A stretch of 64,000 nt of DNA from Mobula hypostoma (lineage: Eukaryota): the NCBI RefSeq assembly GCF_963921235.1, contig NC_086100.1:203176001-203240000 (forward strand). The letters run 5' to 3'. Below the pieces are notes generated by a model that saw nothing but the letters and a program-made list of their open reading frames with translations, was not told the DNA's origin and made no database searches. Made by a program: the position numbers and the translations under genes. Shown here piece by piece: positions 51,720 to 64,000 of the stretch (position 1 is the stretch's first letter; every line of letters starts with the position of its first letter).

Positions 51720-52510
51720 CCTCTTGTTTGAATGTTGCCCACTCTCAATGGAAAAAGCCTATCCACGTCAACTCTATCCATCCCCCTCATAATTTTAAAC
51801 ACCTCTATCAAGTCCCCCCTCAACCTTCTACGCTCCAAAGAATAAAGACTTAACTTGTTCAACCTTTCTCAGTAACTTAGGAGATGAAACACAGGCAACA
51901 TTGTAGTAAACCTCCTCTGTACTCTCTCAAGCAACACACATCAAAGTTGCTGGTGAACGCAGCAGGCCAGGCAGCATCTCTAGGAAGAGGTACAGTCGAC
52001 GTTTCAGGCCGCGACCCTTCATCAGGACTCTGTACTATCTCAATTTTATTGACATCTTTCCTATAATTCGGTGACCAGAACTGTACACAATACTCCAAAT
52101 TTGGCCTTACCAATGCATTATACAATTTCAACATTACATCCCAACTCCTATACTCAATGCTCTGATTAATAAAGGCCAGCATACCAAAAGCTTTCTTCAC
52201 CACCCTATCCATGTGAGATTCCATCTTCAGGGAACTATGCACCATTATTCCTAGATCCCTCTGTTCTACTGCATTCTTCTATGCCCTACCATTTACCATG
52301 TATGTCCTGTTTTGATTAGTCCTACCAAAATGTAGCACCTCACATTTTTCAGCATTAAACTCCATCTGCCATCTTTCTCTTCTAACTCTAACTGTCCTAA
52401 ATCTCTCTGCAAGCTTTGAAAACCTACCTCATCATCCACAACGCCACCTATCTTAGTATCATCTGCATACTTACTAATCCAATTTACCACCCCATCATCC
52501 AGATCATTAA
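51720..52510 (-). mobile_element. CR1 RT fragment hosting a hammerhead element
   Basis: WISKYADDTK; RPNLEYCVQFWSP. Confidence 0.88.
51931..52029 (-). mobile_element. ~97-bp PLE-end insertion with hammerhead ribozyme (51994-52029) and 16-bp TSD
   Basis: Minus strand agtc-CTGATGA-agggtcgcggcct-GAAA-cgTC-gact. Flanking repeats ctctgtactCtctcaa (51915-51930) and ctctgtactAtctcaa (52028-52043). Confidence 0.88.
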
Positions 52511-52559
52511 TTCTTTCCTATCATATGTAATAACCATATACAACAGTTCATCTGCTAAT

Positions 52560-53415
52560 CTGCCATCCACAGCTCTAATCTGCTAATTAAATTTGCCGAC
52601 GACATTACATTGATAGGCCTAATCTCAAGCAATAACGAGGTGGCCTACAAAGACGAAGTCATCTCTCTGATACAATGGTGTCAACAAAACAACCTCTCCC
52701 TCAATTTTGAAAAATCAAGGGAGCTGGTTGTGGATTACAGGAGGAATGGAGATGGGCTAACCCCTATTGACATCAATGGATCTGGGGTTGAGAAGGTAAA
52801 CAGCTTTAAGTTCCTTGGGATCGTCATCACCGAGGACCTCATGTGGTCTGTACACACAAGCTGTGCGGTGAAAGAGGCCCAACAGCACCTTTTCCACCTC
52901 AGAAGATTGAGGAAGTATGGTATGGGCCCCCAAATCGTAAGAACTTTCTACAGGGGCACAATTGAGAGCATCCTTACTGGCTGTATCACTGCCTTGTATG
53001 CGAACTGTACCTCCCTTGATCGAAGGATTCTGCAGAGACTAGTGCAGACAGCCCAGCACATCTGCAGATGTGAACTTCCCATGAGTCAGGAAATTTAAAA
53101 AGACAGGTGTGTAAAAAGGGTCCGCAGGATCTTTAGGCACCCAAGTCAGCACAATCACAATCTATTCCAGCTGCTACCATCGGGGCAATGCTACAGCAGC
53201 ATAAAAGCCAGGACCAGTAGGCCCTGGGTCAGCTTCTTCCACCGGGAATCAGACTGATTACTTCACGCTGATTTGAGAGTATTTCTATGTTACATTTACT
53301 GTTCTGTTTATTATAAATTACTATGTTTGCATATTGTACATTTAGACGGAGATGTAACGTAAACATTTTTACTCTACATTTATGTGAAGGATGTAAGAAA
53401 TAAAGTCAATTCAAT
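52560..53415 (+). mobile_element. Rex1/Babar LINE 3' half with 3' UTR
   Basis: KFADD, FKFLGIVI, FYRGTIESILTGCITA. The tail gtaagaaataaagtcaattcaa also occurs at ~4790-4890 and ~13300-13422. Confidence 0.88.
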
Positions 53416-53844
53416 ACATCTTTCTGCGACAGATCATAGTTCAAGAGTCTCTGCAATACTGTTTCATACATTATTATTGCACATTGGTACAGTATTATTG
53501 TGTATATTATTATCTCTACTTTATTTTTAGTAAAGTCTGCACACTGCTATGTGTGATTTTAAATATTGCTGCTGTAACGACAGAATTACCCAGTCAGGAT
53601 CAATATTTATTATTATTATTATTCTCCAGCAACTTCACTGCTCTTGACTTTACTCCTCCCAGTCTCCCGTTTTCACCGATCACCTCATCTCCCCCCACAT
53701 TCTGACTCCCTCCCTTCCTTTCCAGTCCTGAAGAAGGGTCTCGGTGTGAAACGCCGCCTGTTCTCTCCTCTCCATAGTTGCTGTCCGCCCCCCCGAGTTT
53801 CTCCAGCATTTTCTGCGCGTTGCTTTGGATCATTTTCGGCAGTT

Positions 53845-54210
53845 CAAACCAACGCGCATGCGTGGTCGTCACGACCAATCCCGAATATCACGCATGCGCT
53901 GAGTAGACGAGAAGCTCCCAATGACTGATGCAGGTAAGAGCCGCTCCGGGCGGGTATTTCATGACCGAAACGCGACCGAAGGACAATTACTGTGATTTTC
54001 AGCCACAGTGGTGCTGCACCCCACGACAATACTGGTCCTTACCCTCTCTCTCAGCCCCACAATCCGTACCCGAGCACAAGGGAGCTCTGGTATCATAGGC
54101 CCTGGCGCCGCCGCCGGCATTTTCGGCGCATGCGCATTTCGATGCCGAACAGGGCGGTTTGTTATAGTCAGGGCTTCTGGGTAAAGAGGCAGCCATGGGC
54201 GTGAGTTCCG
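53845..54210 (+). promoter_or_regulatory. CpG-rich candidate promoter / first exon of the zinc-finger gene
   Basis: Three NRF1-like GCGCATGCG(C) motifs (53853, 53889, 54126). CCAAT at 53875. Donor CAG|GTAAGA at 53933/53934. Confidence 0.6.
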
Positions 54211-54809
54211 GCGTTGTCCCACACAGTCGAAGGAAGTGAGAGCGGATGTATCTCCCAAACACTGCGAGCTCCAGCTATGTAAATCCGAGGATTATGAACT
54301 CGAAACAAAAATATAGTTCCCAGTTAATCTCGGTTGAAGAGTTTATCTTCCAGTCAGTGAAAATGTCAATTAGTACTGTATGGAAATAAAACCTTCCGTC
54401 AGATTTAGTTCTCTCTGGGTAAATAATGATATGAAACACCTTTGCCTCAATGACAAGTGACTTGTGGCTTTCACATCACAAAAGTGCCGCACTCCAATGA
54501 GAATAACCACTGCCCTCCACTTTATATTCATTGGCATTGCCATCGATGTGTTCATAACTGTCAATCAGCTGGTGGGAGGTATCTGAGTAAATCTCCAGAT
54601 CATACATGTAGTAACAAGTGCTCTTTGTAGTGTTGTGGAACATGACCAGAACTTGAAATAATACCAAAGGACAGAGACAAATTGAGCCAAATCATAGGTT
54701 GATTGAAGTCAGAAATAGCCCATTCTCATACAGACAGGAATACAGTCAGAGAATTTGATGGTCAGTCAGAATGTCTGATCTGTGTCTTGTTAGAAGATGA
54801 GTGCATATA

Positions 54810-56285
54810 AAAACATAGAAATCTACAACATATTACAGGCCATTCGGCCCACAATGTTGTGCCATCCATGTAACCTATTCTAGAAACTGCCTCGGATTTC
54901 CCAACCACATTGCACTCTGTTTCTCTAAGCTCCAAGTACATATCTAAGAATCTCTCAAAATCTCTATGGTATCTGACTCTGCCATCATCGCTGGCAGTGC
55001 ATTCCATGCACTTAATACTCTCTGCGTGAAAAACCTACCTCTGACATCCCCTTTGACCCTACTTCCAAGCCCCTTAAAACTATGCCCCTCATGTTTGCCA
55101 GTTCAGCCCTTGGAAAAAGCCTCTGGCTATCCACACGATCAATGCCTTTCATCATCTTATACACATCTATCAGGTCACCTCTCTTCTTCTGTCGCTCCAA
55201 AGTTCCCTCAACCTATTCTCGTAAGGCAGGTTCTCCAATCCATGCAACGTCCTTTTAAATCTCCTCTGCACTCTTTCTATAGTATCCACATCCTTCCTGT
55301 AATGAGGTAACTAAGCACAATACTCTAAGTGGGGTATAAATAAGGTTTTATATAGCTGTAACAATACCTCACCACTCTTGAACTCAGTTCCATGGTTGAT
55401 GAAGGCTTTATTCACAACAACGACAATCAGCGCTGCAGCTTTGAGTGTAAAATTGACATGGACCCCAAGATCTCGCTCATCCTGCACACTGCCAAGAGTC
55501 CTAACATAATATTGTATTCTGTCTTCACATTTGATGTACCGAAATAAACCACAGCACACTTATCCCCATCTGCCAGTTCTGCATCCAATCGATGGCCTGC
55601 TGTAGCCTCTGCACAACTGTCCAGACTATTCACAACATCCTCAACTTTTGTGTCATCAGCAAACTTACTAACCCACCCTTCTACTTCCTCATCAAGATCA
55701 TTTATAAAAATCACAGAGAGAAGGATTCTCAGAACACATCCCTGCAGAACACCACTGGTCACCGTCCTCCAGGCAGTTTACAAACCATCTACAACCACCT
55801 TTGGGCTTCTGTGGGCAAGCCAGTTGTATATCCACAAAGCAAGGTCTACTTGGATCCTTGCCTCATTACTTTCTGAATGAGCCTCACTTGATGAATCTTA
55901 TCAAAAGTCTTAAGGACAGCTATGTACACTACATCCAATGCTCTACATTCATCAGTGTGTTTTTTTACATCCTCAAAGATTTCAATCAGGTTCGTAAGGC
56001 ACGATCTGCCCCAGACAGAGCCATGCTGACTATCCCACATCAGATTATGCTTCTCCAAATGTTCATAAATTCTGCCTATCAGGAGCTTCTCCAACAACTT
56101 GCCCTCCACTGAAGTAAGAACCACTGGTCTGTAATTTCCTGGATTATCTCTACTCCCTTTCTTGAAAAGGGAACAATCTCTTCTAATCCTGTGGCACTTT
56201 TCCTCTCCCTTTTGATCTGGGAAGATCATCGCCAGAGGCTCAGCAATTTCATCCCACACTTCCCACAGTGGCCTGGGGTATATTT
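54810..56285 (-). mobile_element. CR1 3' half, degenerate (in the putative ZNF intron)
   Basis: NPGNYRPV, SGVLQG..FINDLD..KFADDTK, RGDLIDVYKMM. Confidence 0.87.
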
Positions 56286-56344
56286 CAAGTTGAGTTCCCC
56301 CAACTTGAGTTGAAATAGGTAAAATTGTGATGCCAGAGCTCATA

Positions 56345-56745
56345 TTCAGAGGAGATCATATAAAAACATCTACAATTTTGAAAGGAATAGATAAGATAGA
56401 GGCAGGAAAATTGTTTTCACTGGTAGATGAGACGAGAACTAGAGGACATTGCCTCAAAGTTCGGGGTAAATTGGGATGGAAATGAGGATGAACTGCTTTT
56501 CCCATGGGGTCATGAATCTCTGGATTTCTCTGCCTGATGAAGCAGTGGAGGCTACCTCAGCAAACATATTTGAGACAAATTTGGATACATGTTGAAATAG
56601 TAGGGGAATTAAGGATTATGGGGAAAAGGCAGGTCGGTGGAGATGAGTCCATGGTCAGATCAGCCATGATCTTATTAAATGGTGGAGCAGGCTCGACGGG
56701 CCAGATGGCCGACTCCTGCTCCTATTTCTTATGTTCTTATGTTCT
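56345..56745 (+). mobile_element. CR1 3' end fragment
   Basis: CR1 C-terminal remnant with (TTCTTATG)n tail. Confidence 0.75.
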
Positions 56746-57435
56746 CACCACAGACTAAAATCTCTCCTGAAATATTGTCCTTCACCCATTGATGTCTTTT
56801 GCAAATATTTTTACAGGTTTGAAATGGCAGAACACTTGTGTGTGGGAATCACAACCATAACAACACATTGGTTTTGCTGACTCTGTCTGGATATTTAAGG
56901 AGTGACCAAATATTTTCTTTGCAACACCGTCGATCCTTGGAGATGAAGAAGTATCTCATTCCAGCTGGTGATGTATTCTGTCTCTGAAATGAAGTTTTCT
57001 GTTGTAACTCAGTGAAATCCACTGGAACCGGGAGCTGAGAACACACCAGCATTAATTCACTCGAGATCAGTTCTTCAACTGCATTGATTGTACAAGGAAT
57101 TCAAACATCTGAATTTCTGAATTGCCAGAGAATTGATCGTAGTGAGATATCATTCTCCTTCTCTCAGTGTGGGAAGAGGTTCACTCACAGACACACCAGT
57201 GAGTTCACAGTGGGGAGAGGCCATTCACCCGCTCTGTGTGAGGGAGGGGAACCACTCAGTCATCCAGTCTGAAGCTACATCAGCAAGTTCACACCATAGT
57301 GAGATGCTCCACCTGTTCTGCAAGCGGGAAGCCATTCTGTTATTGATGATAAAGGTACATCAGAAAATTCACCAGTGAGAGAACATCGACCTGCTTGGAT
57401 GGTGGAAAGGTATTCACACACTCAACCATGCCACA

Positions 57436-58575
57436 GTGACACCAGCGACTTCACATGGGGAGAAGCCATTCACCTGCTCTGAATGTGGGAAAGGGTTCAC
57501 TCAATCATCTGAACTGAATGAACACCAGCGAGTTCACACTGAGAAGATGCCGTTCACCTGCTCAGACTGTGGGAAAGGATTCATTCTGTCAAATCACCTG
57601 CTGCAACATCAGTTAGTTCACACTGGGGAGAGGCCATGCACCTGCTCAGACTGTGGGAAGGGATTCACTCAGTCGTCCCACCTACAGACTCACCAGCGAG
57701 TTCATACTGTGGAAAAGCCATTCACATGCTCTCAATGTGGGAAGGGATTCACCCATTCATCTCAACTGAAGGAGCATCAGCGAGTCCACACTGGGGAGAG
57801 GCCGTTCACTTGTTCTGAATGTGGGAAGCTATTTGCTCGGTCATCTCATCTGAAGTTACATCAGCGAGTTCACACTGGGGAGAGGCCATTCACCTGCTCA
57901 GACTGTGGGAAGGGATTCACTCACTCATCCAACCTACAGAGACATCAGCAAGTTCACACTGGGGAGAAGCCATTCACATGCTCAGAATGTGGTAAAGGAT
58001 TCACCCAGTCATCTGATCTGAAGTTACATCAGCGAGTTCACACTGGGGAGAGGCCATTCACCTGCTCAGATTGTGGGAAGGGATTCACTCGGTCATCCCA
58101 CCTACAGAGACACCAGCAAATTCACACTGGGGAGAAGCCATTCACATGCTCTGAATGTGGGAAAGGATTCACCCAGTCACCTCACCTGAAGGAGCATCAG
58201 CGAGTCCACACTGGGGAGAAGCCGTTCACTTGCTCTGAATGTGGGAAGGGATTCACTCAGTCATCTCACCTACAGACACACCAGCGAGTTCACACTAGGG
58301 AGAGACCATTCATCTGCTCAGACTGTGGAATGGGATTCTCACACTTATCCACACTACAGGGACACCAGCGAATTCACACTAGGCAGAAGCCATGCACATG
58401 CTCGGAATGTGGAAAGGGATTCACCCAGTCAGCTGAAATGAAGGCACATCAGCGAGTTCACACTGAGGAGAAGCTGTTCATCTGCTCTGAATGTGGTAAG
58501 GGATTCGCTCGGTCACCTCAACTGCAGCCATTTATATGCTCTGAATGTGGGAAGGGCTTCATTCAACCATTTTGA
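57436..58575 (+). CDS. Tandem C2H2 (Kruppel-type) zinc-finger protein, 12 complete fingers; no KRAB visible
   Basis: Repeats of CxxCGKGFxxxxxLxxHQRVH with TGE(K/R)PF linkers. First in-frame ATG at 57547. Decayed fingers at ~57155-57450 and 58576-58885. Candidate acceptor ttttacAG at 56817. Confidence 0.88.
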   Translation: MTPATSHGEKPFTCSECGKGFTQSSELNEHQRVHTEKMPFTCSDCGKGFILSNHLLQHQLVHTGERPCTCSDCGKGFTQSSHLQTHQRVHTVEKPFTCSQCGKGFTHSSQLKEHQRVHTGERPFTCSECGKLFARSSHLKLHQRVHTGERPFTCSDCGKGFTHSSNLQRHQQVHTGEKPFTCSECGKGFTQSSDLKLHQRVHTGERPFTCSDCGKGFTRSSHLQRHQQIHTGEKPFTCSECGKGFTQSPHLKEHQRVHTGEKPFTCSECGKGFTQSSHLQTHQRVHTRERPFICSDCGMGFSHLSTLQGHQRIHTRQKPCTCSECGKGFTQSAEMKAHQRVHTEEKLFICSECGKGFARSPQLQPFICSECGKGFIQPF

Positions 58576-58889
58576 CTGAAGCTACATCAGCGAGTTCACA
58601 CTGCGGAGAAACCATTCAGCTGCTCTGAATATGGGAAGTTGGCAATCTCAACTGATTGGACATGAGCGAGTTCACACTGGGGAGAAACCGTTCAGCTGCT
58701 ATGAATGTGGAAATGGATTCACTCAGTCATCCAAACTTGTGAGGCACTACCAAATTCACACTAGGGAGAAATTGTTCTCCTGCTCAGATTGTTGGAAGGA
58801 ATTCACTCAGTCATCTGACTTTAAAATACATCAGCAAATTCACACTCACCTGTTCTGAATGTGGGAAAGGATTCACTCAACATCTCAAT

Positions 58890-59045
58890 TAAGACTATAA
58901 GATATAGGAGCAGAAGTAGGCCATTTGGCCTTTCGAGTCTGCTCCGCCATTCAATCATGGGCTGATCCAATTCTTTCAGTCATCCCCACTCTCCTGCCTT
59001 CTCCCCATACCCTTTGATGCCCTGGCTAATGAAGAACCTGTCTCT
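58890..59045 (-). mobile_element. CR1 3' end fragment
   Basis: ggagcagaagtaggccatttggcc...ttctccccataccctttgatg resembles the 3' end at 13430-13560. Confidence 0.75.
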
Positions 59046-59049
59046 CTCG

Positions 59050-61840
59050 ATTTCTCCAGGAGGTGCTCAGGTAGTGAGGTTGTCTTTGGCTTCACTCCAT
59101 TACCGTTACTTTTTTTTTTAACTTATGATCTCCTTTACTTAATTTATTTTTACCTACACTAGAAGATTTATTCTATACTACTGATTTTTCCTTGAACTGT
59201 AACTGAAATCTGAAGAAATGAGCAAAGAAGTAAGTACAAGATCTAAAGTGCGCGAACCTAAAAATGGCAAGGATTCCGACGGGAATGGGGGAAAAGAAAA
59301 TTGAACCTAAGCAAACGGATCTATCTTATGATATTCTGTTGAATCTTTTAAATGAAAAATTTGAAGAACAACGTCAAAGTTTAACTGAAAAATTTGAACA
59401 ACAGCGTCAACGTTTTAAAGAAGATTTAAAGTCAATCACGGACTCTCTGAAATCGCTTGATTGTGAAGTTAAGCAACATCAAAGTAAAATTATTGAATTA
59501 GACATTGAATCTCAGAAAAGAGATTTCAAAATCGAGAACTTGGATCAGAAATGATCTTTGACAACTAAACAACTGGAACATTTTAAATCCAAGATTATTG
59601 ATCTTGAAAACCGATCTAGAAGACAGAACTTACGTATAATTGGTCTCCCCGAGGACGTCGAGGAAGGAGAACCTGCAATATTCTTCTCTCAACTTTTAAA
59701 GGATGCATTTAGTTCTGTATTCCCCAATGATCCTCCATTGCTCAACCACGCTCACCGTACATTGCATCTGAAACCGTCCTCTGAATTTAAACGGAGGCCG
59801 TTGATCTCCGGTTCCATTATTTTAGCATTAAAGAGCATCTTATTCGAATTGCCCGTCGGCAAGGTATGATTAAATTTCGACAATATCCATTCTGTTTAGT
59901 GGAAGACTTCAGTCCCTAAGTGATGAAGATGCGGCTGGCTTTTAAACCTCTGATGTAGGAATTTTACCAAAAAGATCTCAAACCAGCCCTATTGTATCCT
60001 GCACATTTAAGAAGTTCTCATTCGGACGGATCACGCTGTGTCTACCATTCCACAAGCGCGGCTCAAAGTTTTTTGGACGAGCACTATTCAACTGCTACAG
60101 ATACCTTGCTTCAATTAATGTTTAGCGCTCGCATCATCGGCTCTGTGTTTAGGTGCTCTTTTTTGAAAGCCTTTAATCATTGTATGAAGATGATCTTTTA
60201 TAAGTTCTAGACTTTTGTCTTCGGTTAGTAGTGTAGGTATTTTTCACATCTCAATTAAAGTTCATTTTTCCTGCTGATGTTACTTTTCTTTAATTTATTA
60301 ATTTTTAATTATTTGATTTCTGACATTGTCATCAACAATTTCATGGTAAATTTGTACTGTATGGAGGAACGTTTTCTCTATTTTTGGCTTCGTATAATTA
60401 AGATGGCGTCTGTTTCCGTTTTCTCATAATATCTTTTGTTCTTTTTGACTTCGCCATTTTCTCATGTTCCTTCTTCCCATAATTCCTTTCTTTTTTTGAA
60501 GTGCCATTTTCAATTATTTATATTTGTAATTAATTAATAATATGCATCCATGCTTACTTTTTTCATTCATTTTAGAAATCATAGTATGTAGATTATTATA
60601 GTACAGTGTTTGATTTTTTTTTGGATTTCGTGGAGTGATTCTTTTTAACATATCTTTGGAATTGCCTTCTGGAGAAATGGGGTTAGATTTAGTATTAGTT
60701 CTTAATTCTTTTTCTAGCCTTCTCTGACTTAGTTTTGGGATTTCAGGGCTGGAGGGTGGGGAGGAGTCTTTCCTATCTTTATTAATTTTTTCTATTGGGC
60801 TAATTCAGTACTACAATGATATCTGCAGTGTTGTGATTTCCGGTTCCGCTCTGAATATTTTTTCTTCTTCTGATTTCATGAATTTACATTATGCTTAACT
60901 CTTTATATAACAAAAGGTTAACATTAAATTATGGCTCTGATTATTAATTTTGTCTCTTGGAATACAAATGGTTTAAACCATCCTATAAAACGGAAAGAGA
61001 TTTTTAAAGTATTCCAAAGACGGAATGCTCACATTATTTTTGCACAAGAAACTCCTGTGAGGAAAGGGGATAATCGTTTCTTTAGATTTTGGAAGGATGG
61101 AATACCAATCGAACTCCCAAGCCAAAGTGAAAGGAGTTTCAATTTTTATAGATTCCTCAATTACATTTACTCATCAAGACATTATTTCAGATCCTAGTGG
61201 TAGATTTTTGTTAATTACTTGGTTATTTTTTAATAAAAAAGTTGCTATGGTTAATGTTTATGCTCCAAATGCGGATGATCCCGAATTTTTAAGCATTTAT
61301 TCACTTCTTTTCCTAATTTAAAAGAGTATACGTTGATAATGGGGGGTGATTTTAATTGCTGTTTAAATCCCCTGGTGGATAGATCCATATCTAGTCAGGC
61401 TTTACCGAATAAGTCGGCTGCTCTTATTAACTCTTCTATGATTGACTCTGGAATTTCAGAAATTGGAGATTTCTATACCCTAAGGATAAAGAGTTTTCAT
61501 TCTTCTCACAGATTTATCATTCTTATTCTCGAATTGACTACATTTTTATTGACTCTTGTTTAATTCCATCTGTAATTAACTGCAATTATGACATTATCGC
61601 CATTTCTGATCATGTTCCAATGAAACTTTCTATCCAGTTAATGGATACTTCTACTATTAGATTTTGTTAAGTCTATGAAGGAACAGATTGATTTCTTCTA
61701 TTCAACTAATATTGCGGAAGAAATCTCCAACGGGACAGTATGGGACACCTTTAAAGCTTATATCCACGGACAGATTATTTCTCATTCTGTTGGTTTGAAG
61801 AAGCGTATTAAGAATGAAACACTTCTGTTGGTTGACAAAA
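59050..61840 (+). mobile_element. L1-clade LINE 5' half (ORF1, long AT-rich spacer, EN of ORF2), degenerate
   Basis: Coiled coil followed by DLENRSRRQNLRIIGLPED (L1 ORF1). ORF2 motifs FVSWNTNGLN, FAQET, NVYAPN, GGDFN, SDH. Confidence 0.9.
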
Positions 61841-62990
61841 TACTTTATACTTTATTGTCGCTAAACAATTGATACTAGTACGTACAATCATCACAGCGAT
61901 ATTTGATTTTGCGCTTTCTGCTCCCTGGATTACAAATCGATAGTAAATATTAAAAATATTAAAAATTTAAATTATAAATCATACATAGAAAATAGAAAAA
62001 TGGAAAGTAAGGTAGTGCAAAAAAATCCGAGAGGCAGGTCCAGATAGTTGGAGGGTACGGCCCAGATCCGGGTCAGGATCCGTTCAGCAGTCTTACCACA
62101 GCTGGAAAGAAGCTGTTCCCAAATATGGCCATATGAATCTTCAAGTTCCTGAGCTTTCTCCCGGAGGGAAGAGGGACGAAAAGTGTGTTGGCTGGGTGGG
62201 TCGTGTCCTTGATTATCCTGGCAGCACTGCTCCGACAGTGTGCGGTGTAAAATGAGTCCAAGGACGGAAGATTGGTTTGTGTGACATGTTGCGCCATGTT
62301 CACGATTTTCTGCAGCATTCTTCCGGTCTTGAACAGGACAACTTCCATACCAGGTTGTGATGCACCCTAGAAGAATGCTTTCTATGGTGCATCCATAAAA
62401 AAATACAGAGGGTTTTAGGGGACAGGCCAAATTTCTTTAGTTTTCTCTGGAAGTAAAGGCGCTGGGGGGCTTTCTTGGCAGTGGACACTGCTTGGTTGGG
62501 CCAAGTTAGGTCATTTGTGATATTGACCCCGAGGAACTTCAAAGCTTTTGACCTGTTCCACTTGCGCACCACCGATGTAAATTGGGTCATGTGGTCCGCT
62601 ACTCCTTCTGAAGTCAACAACCAATTCCTTTGTCTTGCTTACGTTAAGAGATTGGTTATTGTCTTCTCACCATTCCACCAGGATCTTAATTTCCTCTCTG
62701 TACTCAAACTCATCATTACCGGAGATACAGCCTACAATTGTTGTGTCATCAGCAAACTTATGTATTGAGTTTGATGGAAACTTGGCTACACAATCATGGG
62801 TGTACAGTGAGTACAGCAGAGGGCTGAGTACACAGCCTTGTGGGGCATCGGTGCTCAGAGTGAGTGAAGAGGAGAGTTTGTTCCCTGTTTTTACAGCCTG
62901 GGTCCTGTCTGTGAGGAAGTTGAAGATCCAGCTGCAGATCTGAGTGCTATAGCCCAGGTTCCGGAGCTTAGGAATCAATTTATTTGGGAT
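61841..62990 (-). mobile_element. Rex1/Babar LINE 3' half
   Basis: PQGCVLSPLLYSLYTHDC, KFADDTT, FLGVNIT, TIESIL, GNSFFPAVVRLLN. Confidence 0.9.
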
Positions 62991-63099
62991 GAAATGGAGT
63001 GAAGAAATCGGGTAGAAAAAGTCTTTTTTTAAAACACTGCTCGAGGAGAAGGGTCTGCACAGTGCAGGCACATGATGTAGCACGCCAAGGTTTAAAAAC

Positions 63100-64000
63100 A
63101 GACCACCATATACAGCGAGCAGCGGAGTGAGAGGGAGCAGAGTGGGATGGCTTAGGCTCAACAGGCAGAGGCCAGGGTAGGTTCCGGTAAGTTTTTTGTC
63201 CAGATTGTTTAGAGTAGAGAGAATGCCAGGCAGGATGTTGGAATGCTCCTCTTGCAGGATGTGGGAAGTCAGGAAGACAACGACACCTGTAAGAAGTGCA
63301 TCCAGCTGCAGCTCCTAACAAACCATATTAGGGAACTGGAACAGGAGCTGGATGACCTCCGGATCATCCCGGAGAATGAGGAGATTATAGCTAGTAGCTA
63401 CAGGGAGGTGGTTACGCCGAAGGAGCAAGCACAGGAAATTGGGTCACTTTCAGGCGAGGGATGAGGAAAGGGCAGGCAGAGCAGGATTCCCCTGTGGCCA
63501 TTCCCCTCAACAAGTATACCGCATTGGATACTGTTGGGGTGGGGAGATGACTTACCTGGGACAAGCTGCAGCAGCCAGATCTCTGGCACTGAATCTGGTT
63601 CTGCAGTGCAGAAGGGAGGGTGGAAAAAGAGAAGAGTGGTAGTGATAGGGGACTCGATAGTTAGAGGTACAGGTTCTGTGGTCGTGATAGAGAATCCAGG
63701 ATGGTTTGTTGCCTCCCGGGTGCTAGGGTCAAGGATGTCTCTGATCGATTGCATGACATTCTGAAGTGGGAGGGTGATCAGCCAGATGTCGTGGTGCACA
63801 TCCTTACCAATGACATAGCAAGGAAGAGTGAGTATAGGAAGTTGAAAAGCAGGACCTCGAGGGTGGTAATCTCAGGATTGCTACCTGTGCTACGTGCCAG
63901 TGAGGGTAAGAATAGGATGCTCTGGAGGATGAACAAGTGACTGAGGAAGTGGTGTAGGGGGCAGGGTTTCAGATTTCAGGATCATTGGGACCCATTCTGG
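63100..64000 (+). mobile_element. CR1 5' region / ORF1 (Zn-finger, leucine zipper, SGNH esterase), frameshifted; continues off the window
   Basis: TCKKCIQLQLLTNHIRELEQELDDL, VVIGDSIVRG, CCLPGARVKDV, VVVHILTND. Confidence 0.85.

Noticed and set aside
57460..58570. 84-bp periodic repeat resembling a CRISPR array or satellite
   Set aside because: The period is the 28-aa C2H2 finger; the context is eukaryotic.

Overview
This is eukaryotic, repeat-dense vertebrate DNA. The repeat families and the GPR139-like gene cluster suggest a cartilaginous fish, probably a ray (inference). Host genes: (i) three paralogous GPR139/GPR142-like rhodopsin-class GPCR loci. One is an intact two-exon gene (exon 1 24799-24868, exon 2 22625-23532, minus strand, 325 aa; the ORF track does not join these exons). 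One is interrupted by a Penelope element (2382-4213, minus) and one is a 5'-deleted, inverted pseudogene (~29380-30094, plus). (ii) A tandem C2H2 zinc-finger gene (57436-58575) with no visible KRAB domain and a candidate CpG/NRF1 promoter at ~53.85-54.2 kb. The remainder is layered transposons: CR1 LINEs (one with an intact 967-aa ORF2), Rex1/Babar fragments, an L1 5' half, two solo LTRs, Tc1 remnants, a tRNA/CORE-type SINE and a Neptune-type Penelope-like element (PLE), all within old segmental duplications. The most interesting signal is a dispersed set of short PLE-derived elements. They carry a minimal type-I hammerhead ribozyme (CTGANGA...GAAA-CGTC); two related copies have 14-16 bp target-site duplications and several are foldback hairpins, so they look like a retrozyme/SINE-like non-autonomous family. 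Most repeat boundaries were placed by eye and are approximate.
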